Positions 9,132 to 19,674 of a DNA stretch of 64,000 bases are shown one piece after another. The notes beneath the pieces are model-generated. The model saw only the letters and a program-made list of their open reading frames with translations, was not told where the DNA came from and ran no database searches. A program made the translations under genes and the position numbers. Source of the DNA: Nitrospira sp. (lineage in GTDB: Bacteria; Nitrospirota; Nitrospiria; Nitrospirales; Nitrospiraceae); contig AP038806.1 in NCBI GenBank assembly GCA_047150005.1, forward strand, positions 2,496,001-2,560,000, given 5' to 3'. The stretch's first letter is position 1. Each line of letters starts with the position of its first letter.

Positions 9132-9554
9132 ATGGCCGTCAAGACCGTCCCCGTGCGTCTGGCGATGCGCGGCGGCACGCAGATCGAAAACGTGACCAAG
9201 TTGGTGCAGGAGGCGCTGTCCGAGTCAAAGCTGGCGGCCGGCATCGCGACGATGTTCGTCCGGCACACCACTGCGTCGATTATGATCATTGAAGACGAGC
9301 CGGGCATTCGAGCGGACACGCACACGTTCTGGGATCGGGCGGTTCCCGCGGACCCAACCTGGCAGCACAATGTTCGCAACCCCGGAGAAGACAACGGGCA
9401 TAGTCATTTGCGCGGGCAACTGCAGGGACCTTCGATTACCGTTCCCTTTGCCTCCGGCGCATTGTTGCTGGGGACCTGGCAGCAGATCGTCGTGGTCGAT
9501 TTCGATACCAGGGCCCGCACGCGAGAGCTCATCATCCAGATCATGGGGGAATAG
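9132..9554 (+). CDS. YjbQ family protein (UPF0047, secondary thiamine-phosphate synthase)
   Basis: HTTAS, DNGHSHLR and LGTWQQI motifs; GAGGTG RBS before ATG 9132. Confidence 0.9.
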   Translation: MAVKTVPVRLAMRGGTQIENVTKLVQEALSESKLAAGIATMFVRHTTASIMIIEDEPGIRADTHTFWDRAVPADPTWQHNVRNPGEDNGHSHLRGQLQGPSITVPFASGALLLGTWQQIVVVDFDTRARTRELIIQIMGE

Positions 9555-9559
9555 TCCCG

Positions 9560-10687
<1,128 letters not shown>

Positions 10688-10751
10688 ATGGCGGCATTGT
10701 CGAACACCTCTATGGTAGGATCAGTGACCCGATCAGCTTGGAGGGACAGGA

Positions 10752-12497
10752 ATGAGTGACCGTCGGTCGCCTGATTCAGATTTTGGACCTTCCAGGAACA
10801 AAATGGATGACTCTGCCGACAAGAAGCAGGCCGGTGTGGATCCTGTGGAACTGATTGAGGAATGTCTCGCGTCGTTTACCGAAGCGGATCCCCGCCAGAA
10901 GCTGCTGTACAAGGTGCGGCATGCGATGATGCTCGCACAGACGGCGAATCAGCAGCGCGAGGCCGAATTCAAGAAAGTCAGCGAAGTGGTGGCGAAGCTG
11001 ACGGCGCCCGCCAACCGGATCGGGACGTTGCTCGACCTACCCGGCGAGGGATTAGCCAGGATCCTCATCGGCGGGGCCGAATACTATGCCAACGTCGATC
11101 CCCGCGTGCCGGCGCAGGATCTCAAGATCGGCACGCAGATTTTGGTGAATGAAGCCTACGCCGTGATCAAGACGCTGGGCTATGATCGGAACGGACCCGT
11201 CTTGAAGTTGGCCGAAGCCATGACCGACGGGCGACTGCGCTTCGAGCAGGAGATGGGCCGGCAAGCCCTGGTATTGCAGCGGTCGAGCGACCTCGTGGGC
11301 ATGGAACTGAAGGCGGGCGACGAGATCAGGATCGATCCCAGCCATCGGATCGCCATCGAGAAGCTCGAGGAGCGCAAGGCCACCCGGCATGTGCTGGATG
11401 AAGTACCGGCCGTGACGTGGGAGCAGATCGGCGGACAGCGCGATGCCATCGCCGCGATCAGGAAGGCGATCGAATACCCTTTGCTGCATACGGAGACCTT
11501 TGAGAAGTTCAAGTTCTCGCAACCCAAAGGATTTCTGCTGTATGGCCCACCCGGTTGCGGCAAGACGTTGATCGGACAGGCTGCGGCCGGGAGTCTGGCC
11601 AAACTGGTCGGGGAATCCAAACAGCAGACTTCAGGAAACGATCGCCGCCCGCCGGTCGTGACCGGGGCCTTCCTCCATGTGAAGGGACCGGAGATTCTGA
11701 ACATGTGGCTCGGAGAGTCGGAGCGGATGGTCCGCGATCTGTTCGCCCAGGCCCGGGCTCGGCGCAAGGAAGGGGCGTTGCCGTTCATTTTCATCGATGA
11801 GGCGGAATCCATCCTGGGTACCAGACGGGCGATGCGATCCTTCAACATCTCCAACACGCTCGTGCCGATGTTCTGCAGCGAGATGGACGGAATCGAGTCG
11901 TTGCAGGACGTGGTCATCATCCTGGCGTCGAACCGACCGGACCTGATCGATCCCGCCGTGCTACGACCCGGTCGCATCGATCGAAAGATCAAGGTTCGCC
12001 GGCCGAATCGGGAGGCGTCGACGGAAATTCTGAGGGTCTATTTGACGGCGGATTTGCCGTTCGATGAGGCGGTGATGAGCGAGCGGGGAGGCGACGCGGC
12101 AGCGGTGTCGGCGTGGCTTGCCCGGGAGGTCATCGACACCCTGTTCAAGCGAACGGATGACAACCGTCTGTTGTCGATCCGGTTGCGCAATGGGCAGCAC
12201 CAGGTGCTCTATCGCAGCGATCTCATCAGCGGGGCGATCCTGGCGTCCATCGTTCAACGAGCCAAGGAGAAGGCGATCGATCGCACGATCCAATCAGGGC
12301 GGTCTGCCGGCATGACGGCCCAGGATCTCTCGGATGCTGCCGCGGAAGAATTTCGCGAAGGCGAGATGCTGCCGCCGGACGATGCCGCCGAAGAATGGCT
12401 CAAGCTCCTCGATCACCACCCGGAGCAGGTTGTGGGGATCTCTTCGTTCCGCCGCGGGCGGCAGACGGAAGAGCGAGCCGTGAATCAAATCATATGA
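10752..12497 (+). CDS. arc: Proteasome-associated AAA ATPase (ARC/Mpa-like)
   Basis: Coiled coil followed by OB-like region, Walker A GPPGCGKT, VKGPEILNMWLGESER, Walker B FIDEAE, SRH; first gene of the proteasome operon. Confidence 0.9.
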   Translation: MSDRRSPDSDFGPSRNKMDDSADKKQAGVDPVELIEECLASFTEADPRQKLLYKVRHAMMLAQTANQQREAEFKKVSEVVAKLTAPANRIGTLLDLPGEGLARILIGGAEYYANVDPRVPAQDLKIGTQILVNEAYAVIKTLGYDRNGPVLKLAEAMTDGRLRFEQEMGRQALVLQRSSDLVGMELKAGDEIRIDPSHRIAIEKLEERKATRHVLDEVPAVTWEQIGGQRDAIAAIRKAIEYPLLHTETFEKFKFSQPKGFLLYGPPGCGKTLIGQAAAGSLAKLVGESKQQTSGNDRRPPVVTGAFLHVKGPEILNMWLGESERMVRDLFAQARARRKEGALPFIFIDEAESILGTRRAMRSFNISNTLVPMFCSEMDGIESLQDVVIILASNRPDLIDPAVLRPGRIDRKIKVRRPNREASTEILRVYLTADLPFDEAVMSERGGDAAAVSAWLAREVIDTLFKRTDDNRLLSIRLRNGQHQVLYRSDLISGAILASIVQRAKEKAIDRTIQSGRSAGMTAQDLSDAAAEEFREGEMLPPDDAAEEWLKLLDHHPEQVVGISSFRRGRQTEERAVNQII

Positions 12498-12512
12498 CGG
12501 GCAAGACGAAGT

Positions 12513-14060
12513 GTGACTGATATGCCTGCAAGCATCCGGCTGTTCGGGATCGAAACCGAATATGGGATCGCCAGGGATGACCTGGAGCAGATGGATCCGG
12601 TAGTCGAATCGATGGAGCTGGTGCGGGCGCACCTCACAGCGTCGTTTGAGCGGCGCTGGGACTATGCCGGAGAAGATCCGCACGAAGATGCCAGAGGATT
12701 TCGCGTCTCGGGATTGCAGCAGGACCGGGAGGAGGACGAATTCGCGAAGGTCGACGCCCATCGGCCGTTTTCGTTTCATGAGATGAAGAGCGACCTCGTG
12801 TTGCCGAACGGGGCGCGCTTCTACAACGATCATACACACCCCGAATATTCGACGCCGGAATGCCGGACCTTGAAGGATCTGGTGGCCCAGGACCGGGCGG
12901 GGGAGCGTGTCGTTCAACGGGCGGCCGATCGCCGGAACCGCAGTCTTGGTGGAGCGCACGTTGAACTCTACAAGAACAACACCGATTTCCACGGACACAG
13001 TTACGGCTGTCACGACAACTATTTGGTGCCCAGGAGCGTGCCTTTTGCCTCGTTGATATCCGGCCTGCTGCCCTTTCTCGTGAGCCGCCAGATCATTGCC
13101 GGGTCGGGAAAAGTGGGCACAGAAGCCCAGGAGTCGGGGTTCGTGTCGGGACCGTACCAGCTGTCGCAGCGCGCGGATTTTATGGAGACGGACCTGAGCG
13201 TCGATACCATGCACAACCGGCCCATCTTGAACACCCGCGACGAGCCGCACGCGGATGCACGGAAATATCGGCGCCTCCATCTGATTTTGGGCGACGCCAA
13301 CATGTGCGAGTATGCGACGGCGCTCAAGGTCGGCACGACGAGCCTGGTTTTGGAGTTGATCGCCCGCGACGAGGCGCCGGCTCTCGAATTGGAGTCTCCG
13401 GTCTCGGCGATCAAGCAGATCTCGCGGGATGCGGATCTCAAGGCGAGAGTGCGTCGGCGAAACGGCGCAGCACTTTCGGGACTGGACATTCAGGAGCAGT
13501 ATCTGGCTGCAGCCCGGCGGACGCTGTCAGGATCCGATCCGGAGACGGACTGGATCTTGGCGGAGTGGGAGAAGGTCTTGTGTCAACTGACCGGCGAGCG
13601 AACTCAGCTGGTGGGGAAGCTGGACTGGGTGACCAAGCAATGGCTGTTGGAAACGTTTATTCGCGAAGAGCGGATCGGCTGGGATGATCCCTGGCTCGCG
13701 AGTTTGGATTTGGAATACCACAACGTCAATCCTGAGCGCGGACTCTTTTTGGGTCTTGAAGCGGAAGGCAAGGCGTGGCGGTTGACGACCGACAAGGACA
13801 TCGAGCAGGCACTCTCGTCCGGACCGCGCGATACCAGGGGTGGATTGCGAGGTCTCTGTGTCCGCCGGTTTCCCGACCAGATCAAGGGCATGCAGTGGGA
13901 ACGGATTCAGTTCGCCGGCGGGTTTCGGTCGAAGGTGCTGGACATGAGTGATTTGTTCGATCCGAAGGCCGTCTTGCGCTGCACGGAAGTATTCGAGTCG
14001 GCCTCTTCGCCGGCCGAAGCGCTCGATGTCTGGAAGGCAAGAAAGGATGCTGAACCATGA
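12513..14060 (+). CDS. dop: Dop-like deamidase/depupylase (PafA2 family)
   Basis: FGIETEYG, WDYAGEDP..DARGF, NGARFYNDHTHPEYSTPE, KNNTD, RPILNTRDEPHAD. Confidence 0.85.
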   Translation: MTDMPASIRLFGIETEYGIARDDLEQMDPVVESMELVRAHLTASFERRWDYAGEDPHEDARGFRVSGLQQDREEDEFAKVDAHRPFSFHEMKSDLVLPNGARFYNDHTHPEYSTPECRTLKDLVAQDRAGERVVQRAADRRNRSLGGAHVELYKNNTDFHGHSYGCHDNYLVPRSVPFASLISGLLPFLVSRQIIAGSGKVGTEAQESGFVSGPYQLSQRADFMETDLSVDTMHNRPILNTRDEPHADARKYRRLHLILGDANMCEYATALKVGTTSLVLELIARDEAPALELESPVSAIKQISRDADLKARVRRRNGAALSGLDIQEQYLAAARRTLSGSDPETDWILAEWEKVLCQLTGERTQLVGKLDWVTKQWLLETFIREERIGWDDPWLASLDLEYHNVNPERGLFLGLEAEGKAWRLTTDKDIEQALSSGPRDTRGGLRGLCVRRFPDQIKGMQWERIQFAGGFRSKVLDMSDLFDPKAVLRCTEVFESASSPAEALDVWKARKDAEP

Positions 14061-14251
14061 GCAGCTCTATGATGCCCGAACGCCGCGAAGGGCCGGTGGA
14101 TCCGATGCCGAAGGGGCCCGATCCATCCCATGAGGAACGAGGCCCACGTCGTCCCGATACCGGTTCACCGGAGACGGACAATTTGATGAAGCGCATGCGC
14201 AAAGTCGATCCGAAACAAGCGGAACGGTATCGGCAGAGAACGGGGCAATAG
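14057..14251 (+). CDS. ubact: Ubiquitin-like modifier UBact (Pup analogue)
   Basis: 64-aa Pro/charged, likely disordered ORF between dop and prcB, ending RYRQRTGQ (R[T/S]G[E/Q] UBact signature). Confidence 0.85.
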   Translation: MSSSMMPERREGPVDPMPKGPDPSHEERGPRRPDTGSPETDNLMKRMRKVDPKQAERYRQRTGQ

Positions 14252-14257
14252 TGAAGC

Positions 14258-14347
14258 AGTGCTGAGTCCTAAGTGCTGAGCACGCAGCCAATATACGAAC
14301 CGGGTTTCGATTCAATACTCAGCACTCAGCACTTGTCACTCAGGACT
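14258..14347. repeat. Inverted pair of heptamer tandem arrays, (AGTGCTG)n / (ACTCAGC)n
   Basis: Left arm AGTGCTG-AGTCCTA-AGTGCTG-AG (14258-14280); right arm ACTCAGC-ACTCAGC-ACTTGTC-ACTCAGG-ACT (14317-14347). Confidence 0.75.
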
Positions 14348-14357
14348 AGGTGAAAAG

Positions 14358-15131
14358 ATGGGGATGCAGGGAGATTTGTTTCAGCTACTGAAGGAACAGG
14401 GGTATCAATTCGGCCTGCCCGCCGCCGCGGCATCGGACATCGAGATTCCCACGGCCACGACGATTCTGGCCTTCAGATATCGGGACGGCGTCCTGGTCGC
14501 CGGAGACCGCCGCGCCACGGCCGGCAACATGGTGATGTACGATCGGACCGACAAGGTGCTCGAGATCGACCGGCACAGCGTCATGGCGATTGCGGGAGTG
14601 CCGGCCACGGCGTACGAAATGGCCCGAATTCTGGAACACTCGTTTAAGTATTATCGACGGACACAGCTCCAGGAATTGAGCTTCGAAGGAAAGCTGCGGG
14701 CTCTGTCCAAGCTGCTCAAGGAAAACGTGGCGGCGGCGCTTGCCGGCACGGGGGCGGTGGCGCCGATCTTCGCCGGTTATGACACCGAGCAGGGAGTGGC
14801 GAAGACGTACTTCTACGACATCCTGGGGGCGGAATTCGAGGGAGTCGAGTATGCCGTGTCCGGATCTGGTTCACCCACGATACGAGGGATTCTGCACTAT
14901 CTGAACACCTGGGGCGAGCAGCCGTTGAGCGGCATGGGGGAAGAGCAGGCGGCGATTCAAGCCTTACGGCTGTTATCCTGCGCGGCTGAATTCGATTCGG
15001 CGACCGGCGGGGTGAATCGTGAAGCCAATCTCTATCCGGTGGTCAAACTGATCACACGAGACGGAGTCCGCACGGTATCGGATACAGATCTCAAGCAGAC
15101 GTTCGAAGCCGGCGTGAGCCGTCGAGCCTGA
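14358..15131 (+). CDS. prcB: 20S proteasome beta subunit
   Basis: Propeptide followed by TTILAF, AGDRRATAG, DKV and GSGS (Ntn-hydrolase Thr1/Asp17/Lys33 pattern). Confidence 0.9.
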   Translation: MGMQGDLFQLLKEQGYQFGLPAAAASDIEIPTATTILAFRYRDGVLVAGDRRATAGNMVMYDRTDKVLEIDRHSVMAIAGVPATAYEMARILEHSFKYYRRTQLQELSFEGKLRALSKLLKENVAAALAGTGAVAPIFAGYDTEQGVAKTYFYDILGAEFEGVEYAVSGSGSPTIRGILHYLNTWGEQPLSGMGEEQAAIQALRLLSCAAEFDSATGGVNREANLYPVVKLITRDGVRTVSDTDLKQTFEAGVSRRA

Positions 15132-15267
15132 GCCGGGGAGCCCGGCTTCCGGGCCGAAGCTGGGCCGTGAGGCGGACGATGCCGGAGCGGTCGGCTTCGG
15201 CCGTCCAGAGTAAGAGCGATAAGCTGAAGATTCAGGGTATCCGGGACGCTTGATGAGTGGGAGCCTT

Positions 15268-16065
15268 ATGTACGACGAACCATACCGTTGGGTCGAAGCG
15301 GTCGGCAACCGCCGGCAGTATCTGGACGAACAATTCACACAGGGGAGCCCGGTGATCGCCGTGACGTATGCGGATGGGATTCTGCTTCTCACGGTCAGCA
15401 AGGGCACTCCGAAACTCTACGAGATTTACGATCGTCTGGCGCTGGGAGGCATGGGCCATCCGGCCGATCTCGAAAAGCTGCGCTTCAACCTGTTGGAAAT
15501 GGCTCACGTTGAAGGGTTCAATCGGTCGCCGTCCGATGTCACCGGTGGTCGCATGGTCAAGTACGGGATCGCCCCGGTGATCAAACAGGCGTTCGAAGAA
15601 GTCTTCAAGGCGCCGTTCATCGTGAAGATTCTGTTGGCTGAACTGGGACAGAAAGCCGACAAGGACAGGTTTCTGACCATCAATTATGACGGGACGTTTG
15701 AAGAACGGACGCACGGTGCCGTCTTGGCCGCCAATCGGTCCATCGAAGGATCGATGACGGCCTATCTGCAGGCGCACCCATCCCATGCCGGCACACTCGA
15801 TCAGGCGGTCGGGATTGCGCTGCATGCCTGGGTGTTGGGGGAGCGGTCCCAGCGCCGGACCGCGGAGACGCGATCGGAGCAGGAGCAGGCCGCGCAGGAA
15901 TCGGAGCAGGCGGCGATCGATGCCGAGACGGTGAGAGAGTATGTGCGCGATCATCTTGACGGCCGGACGATCGAATGCGCCGTGCTCGATCGGAACCAGC
16001 GCGGATCGGCAAAATATCGAGCCCCCCTCAAGCCTGCCGAGCTCGGCGAGTGGACTGTGGCGTGA
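15268..16065 (+). CDS. prcA: 20S proteasome alpha subunit
   Basis: MYDEPY N-terminus, GSPVIAV and KLYEIYDRLA; follows prcB. Confidence 0.85.
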   Translation: MYDEPYRWVEAVGNRRQYLDEQFTQGSPVIAVTYADGILLLTVSKGTPKLYEIYDRLALGGMGHPADLEKLRFNLLEMAHVEGFNRSPSDVTGGRMVKYGIAPVIKQAFEEVFKAPFIVKILLAELGQKADKDRFLTINYDGTFEERTHGAVLAANRSIEGSMTAYLQAHPSHAGTLDQAVGIALHAWVLGERSQRRTAETRSEQEQAAQESEQAAIDAETVREYVRDHLDGRTIECAVLDRNQRGSAKYRAPLKPAELGEWTVA

Positions 16066-16083
16066 TCCTATTCGCGTGAAGTC

Positions 16084-17568
16084 ATGTTGAACCGGATATT
16101 CGGCTTGGAGACCGAGTACGGCCTCCTGGTTCACCAAGACCGTCCGGATCATTCTCCGACCTGGTTCGCACACAAGATTCGCGACCATCTGTTCCATGTC
16201 CGGCGACTGGGTGTTCTGGACGTGCATCATCGCGGGCACGATGAGCCTCCCGGCAACGGTGGGTTTCTCACGAATGCGGGCCGCGTGTATCTGGATATGG
16301 GGCATCTGGAGTATGCCTCGCCGGAATGTCACTCCTTGACGGACGTGGTCGCAGCCGATCGTGCTGGGGATGCGATCCTGCAACAAACGATCGAGGACCT
16401 CGGATTTGCCGATCAGGTGTCGCTCATCAAAAACAACGTCGACCACGAGACGGACGCGACGTTCGGATCTCACGAGAACTATCTGGTCTCCCGGAGGTTT
16501 CCGTTCACGCGGCGCGGCTTGGCTCCGCTCGTGACCTTCCTGGTCACAAGACAGATTTTCACCGGGTCGGGGCGAGTCGGGTCGGCCGGTCCCCAGGATT
16601 CCTGGATTCAGATGGATCGGCTGATCGTTCCGCGCGCGTCGATCGGCTCTGGGCGCCTGGACCCGGCATCACCGTTTCAGATCTCGCAGCGGGCCGATCA
16701 CATCGTCAATGATTTTTTCGAGTGGGTGCAGCAGAATCGGGCCATCGTCAACACGAGGGATGAGCCCCTCGCGGATCCGAATCAGTATCGACGTATCCAC
16801 TTGTTGCTCGGTGACTCCAACATGACGGAATACGCCGCCGCGTTGAAGATGGGAACCACCGGACTGGTCCTGCAGTTGATCGAGGAGGGACATGTCCCAA
16901 GCGACCTTGAGATCAACGAGCCGGTCGAAGCGCTACAGGAGATCTCCCAGGATCAGGATCGGCAATGGATGGTGCAACTGCGGTCCGGGAAGACGATGTC
17001 GGCGATCGACATCCAGGAGAGATTTGTCGAGGCGGCGAGGCAGCATTGCCACGGACAGGACGAGGAGACCGATTGGGTACTCGACGAATGGACCGCGGTG
17101 CTGCAGGACCTCCGCGGCGAGTACGTCAAGCTGGTTGGGCGGGTGGATTGGGCGTCAAAGCTGTGGCTTCTGGAGTCGTTCCGTGAAGCTGAACAGGTCG
17201 ACTGGACGGATCCAATCTTGAAGAGCCTCGACCTTGAGTACCACAACCTGAATCCGGGCAAGGGCCTCTACTTCGGATTGCTGGAGGAAGGACGCGTCCC
17301 TCGCGTGACGACGGACAAGGCGATCGAACTCGCCGCGGCGCATCCGCCGCGAAACACCCGAGCATACGGGCGCGGCGAGCTGGTTCGGCATTTGCTGCGC
17401 AAGGCTCATTCCTCCGACGAGCCGGAGCCCAGGCAAGAGGAGCGATTCTTCCCACCCTACGTGATCAATTGGTCGATTTTCCAAGTCAAGGGTCAGACAC
17501 CCTTCCCTATGCCGGACCCTTTTAAGACCTACGTTCAAGAAGTGCATGCTCATCTAGCCGGATCCTGA
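16084..17568 (+). CDS. pafA: PafA-like Pup/UBact-protein ligase
   Basis: RIFGLETEYG, FLTNAGRVYLDMGHLEYASPEC, KNNVD, NTRDEPLAD, DLEYH. Confidence 0.85.
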   Translation: MLNRIFGLETEYGLLVHQDRPDHSPTWFAHKIRDHLFHVRRLGVLDVHHRGHDEPPGNGGFLTNAGRVYLDMGHLEYASPECHSLTDVVAADRAGDAILQQTIEDLGFADQVSLIKNNVDHETDATFGSHENYLVSRRFPFTRRGLAPLVTFLVTRQIFTGSGRVGSAGPQDSWIQMDRLIVPRASIGSGRLDPASPFQISQRADHIVNDFFEWVQQNRAIVNTRDEPLADPNQYRRIHLLLGDSNMTEYAAALKMGTTGLVLQLIEEGHVPSDLEINEPVEALQEISQDQDRQWMVQLRSGKTMSAIDIQERFVEAARQHCHGQDEETDWVLDEWTAVLQDLRGEYVKLVGRVDWASKLWLLESFREAEQVDWTDPILKSLDLEYHNLNPGKGLYFGLLEEGRVPRVTTDKAIELAAAHPPRNTRAYGRGELVRHLLRKAHSSDEPEPRQEERFFPPYVINWSIFQVKGQTPFPMPDPFKTYVQEVHAHLAGS

Positions 17569-17589
17569 CCGGTCCGGTGAGCCCGACAT

Positions 17590-18582
17590 TCATGGCGTGC
17601 GGTCGCGCCGTGTCATCAGCTCGATGATCCGATTTTCAGCCCAAAAGCGATCCTCGTCGGCGCGGCGTGGCTGCACGAATCCGCAGTGGCCTCCGTGCTG
17701 AGGTGCGATCAGTCGGATTTTCGGATTCTCTCGGATGGCCGCCATGCCGAACATGTCATAGGGGATGAAGGGGTCGTCCTGAGCCGTGATGATGGCCGTG
17801 GGAACGACGATCGACTTCAATACGTGTCTCGCCCCGGCGCGCTCATAGTAGTCAGCCCCGTTTCGATAGCCACCGTCCCGTGCCGTATAACGGTCGTCGA
17901 ATTCGCGAAGCGTGCGGATGGCGTCCAAGCCGGTAAGATCCCATCGATCCGGAAAGAGAATCGCTTTCCGGCGTATGCGCGCCTTCATGCTTGTGAGGAA
18001 ATGGTTGTGGTAGATCCAGTTTCTGGGATGTTCCAACGCGGCGACGCATTGTGTGGGATCGATGTTGGGGCAGACCGCGACCGCTCCGGCCAACTCCGGT
18101 TGCAATGAAGCGGTTTCACCGGCTGCCTTCAGCACCAGATTGCCCCCCATCGAATAGCCGACCAGCCATATGCCGGTCAGGCCGTCGATGCGAACCAATT
18201 CGTCGATCACCGTTCGATAGTCGCGGCCCAATCCGCTGTTGTACAGCGTGGGAGTCAGATGCTCGGTGCCGCCGCAGCTGCGCTGGTTCAGGCGAATTAC
18301 GTTCATGCCTGCGCGGTACGCTTTGGCGGCTATCCCGTGCATGTAGTGGGATTCGCTGCAGCCTTCGAGGCCATGCACCAGGACCACGGTCCGGTGAGCC
18401 TGTCGATGTTCCTGCCAATGACAGAAGCCCAGGATCCTCGTGTCGTCAGCGACGGTAAAGAGCCGCGATTCGACCGCAATCCCGTGCAAGAGCCGCCCCC
18501 GAGGCCAATACCGAGGGAGCAGCGTCATGAGGTGTGGGTTGCGTAGCAGCGGAGACGGGACGAAATCCGGAAACGGTGTCAC
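17590..18582 (-). CDS. Alpha/beta hydrolase (YheT-like)
   Basis: HGLEG, GYSMGG, DDPFI and GGHCGF motifs. Confidence 0.9.
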   Translation of the reverse strand: MTPFPDFVPSPLLRNPHLMTLLPRYWPRGRLLHGIAVESRLFTVADDTRILGFCHWQEHRQAHRTVVLVHGLEGCSESHYMHGIAAKAYRAGMNVIRLNQRSCGGTEHLTPTLYNSGLGRDYRTVIDELVRIDGLTGIWLVGYSMGGNLVLKAAGETASLQPELAGAVAVCPNIDPTQCVAALEHPRNWIYHNHFLTSMKARIRRKAILFPDRWDLTGLDAIRTLREFDDRYTARDGGYRNGADYYERAGARHVLKSIVVPTAIITAQDDPFIPYDMFGMAAIRENPKIRLIAPQHGGHCGFVQPRRADEDRFWAENRIIELMTRRDRTP

Positions 18583-18681
18583 GTCGCCATACTATCAGGA
18601 GGGATCGCCGGTCGGCCACTGCTGGAGGGGTAAACCAGGGACCGACAGGTCCTGAAGCCCGTAGCGTCTCAGGCGTCGTTC

Positions 18682-19281
18682 TTATTTGGAAGCAAGCGGG
18701 ATGGTCAACAGGATTCCCCCCATCACGTCTCCGGACTTGAAATCCCTCCGCGTGCTTTTCGGATGCACATTGTGACAATCGGCGCATCGTTGAGAGAGGG
18801 CTTTATCGGCGTAGAGTGCTTGAAACACGCGAGTTTTGCCCTCCGTCGTAACGCCTGTATAGGGGCGGTCGGCATTGACAAGGACTTTTGCCAGTGCGGT
18901 TCGCTCGAACTCCGTCATCGGACCGTTCTTCTTGTTGATCGGCCAATTGCTGATCAACCGGTACCGCATTCCATTTGACTGTTGAGCGACGAGCCGGCCC
19001 GTTTCGAGCACAAATTGAGCAGGCAGCGGGAGATCTCCTGTTTCCTTCCAGTGCTCCGACGCGGAAACGATGCCTCTCGTCTGCATCCGTTCCACGATTT
19101 CATTCGTGTAGAACGTTCGATCCGCTTGGATAATGCTATGGATATAATCGGCAACGGCCTGCGGTGCGATACCATCGGACGCATCCGTATCTCTGCTTGC
19201 GGCTGAGAACACCCAGGGACTGAATAGACAAGTGGAAACGGTTCCAACGGCCAGACCCAACCAAAAACCTCTCAGATCCAT
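18682..19281 (-). CDS. Periplasmic c-type heme protein (DUF3365/Tll0287-like)
   Basis: Signal peptide, PINKKNGP, CADCH heme motif, GDVMGGI. Confidence 0.8.
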   Translation of the reverse strand: MDLRGFWLGLAVGTVSTCLFSPWVFSAASRDTDASDGIAPQAVADYIHSIIQADRTFYTNEIVERMQTRGIVSASEHWKETGDLPLPAQFVLETGRLVAQQSNGMRYRLISNWPINKKNGPMTEFERTALAKVLVNADRPYTGVTTEGKTRVFQALYADKALSQRCADCHNVHPKSTRRDFKSGDVMGGILLTIPLASK

Positions 19282-19620
19282 GATTCATCCTCCGGTTATG
19301 CCATGTACACCTTTCATCGGTCGTGACGACAGAAGCGGTCAATCTGTCCATACAGACGGTCGAGAATATCGAGGTCTCGGAGATATTCACATGACGAATA
19401 AATCCTGCTCCTCAGAGTCGCTGTTTGCGCCGGCGTGACGTCCAATCAACTCCGACTGAATCATTCAGAGGTGGCGCGGTCATGTGGTCGCAGCAACGTA
19501 TTGATTGAGACCCCCGAACTGTATCCTTTGCGAACTCTCCGGTTCAAGCTTCGAGGAATGTCTAATCTGGGCACTAAGGAGAGAGATGGTGGGATAGGAC
19601 TGCCTACAGGCCTGAATCCC

Positions 19621-19669
19621 AAAAAAAGAAACGGGATACCGTTCGATAGGAACAGGTACCCCGTTTTCT
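19621..19669 (-). terminator. Rho-independent terminator downstream of tRNA-Asn
   Basis: Minus strand reads AAACGGGGTACC...GGTATCCCGTTT followed by CTTTTTTT. Confidence 0.75.
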
Positions 19670-19674
19670 CAATA

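Noticed and set aside
14258..14347. CRISPR array
   Set aside because: The units are 7 bp with no unique spacers and no cas genes; no CRISPR array was seen anywhere in the window.
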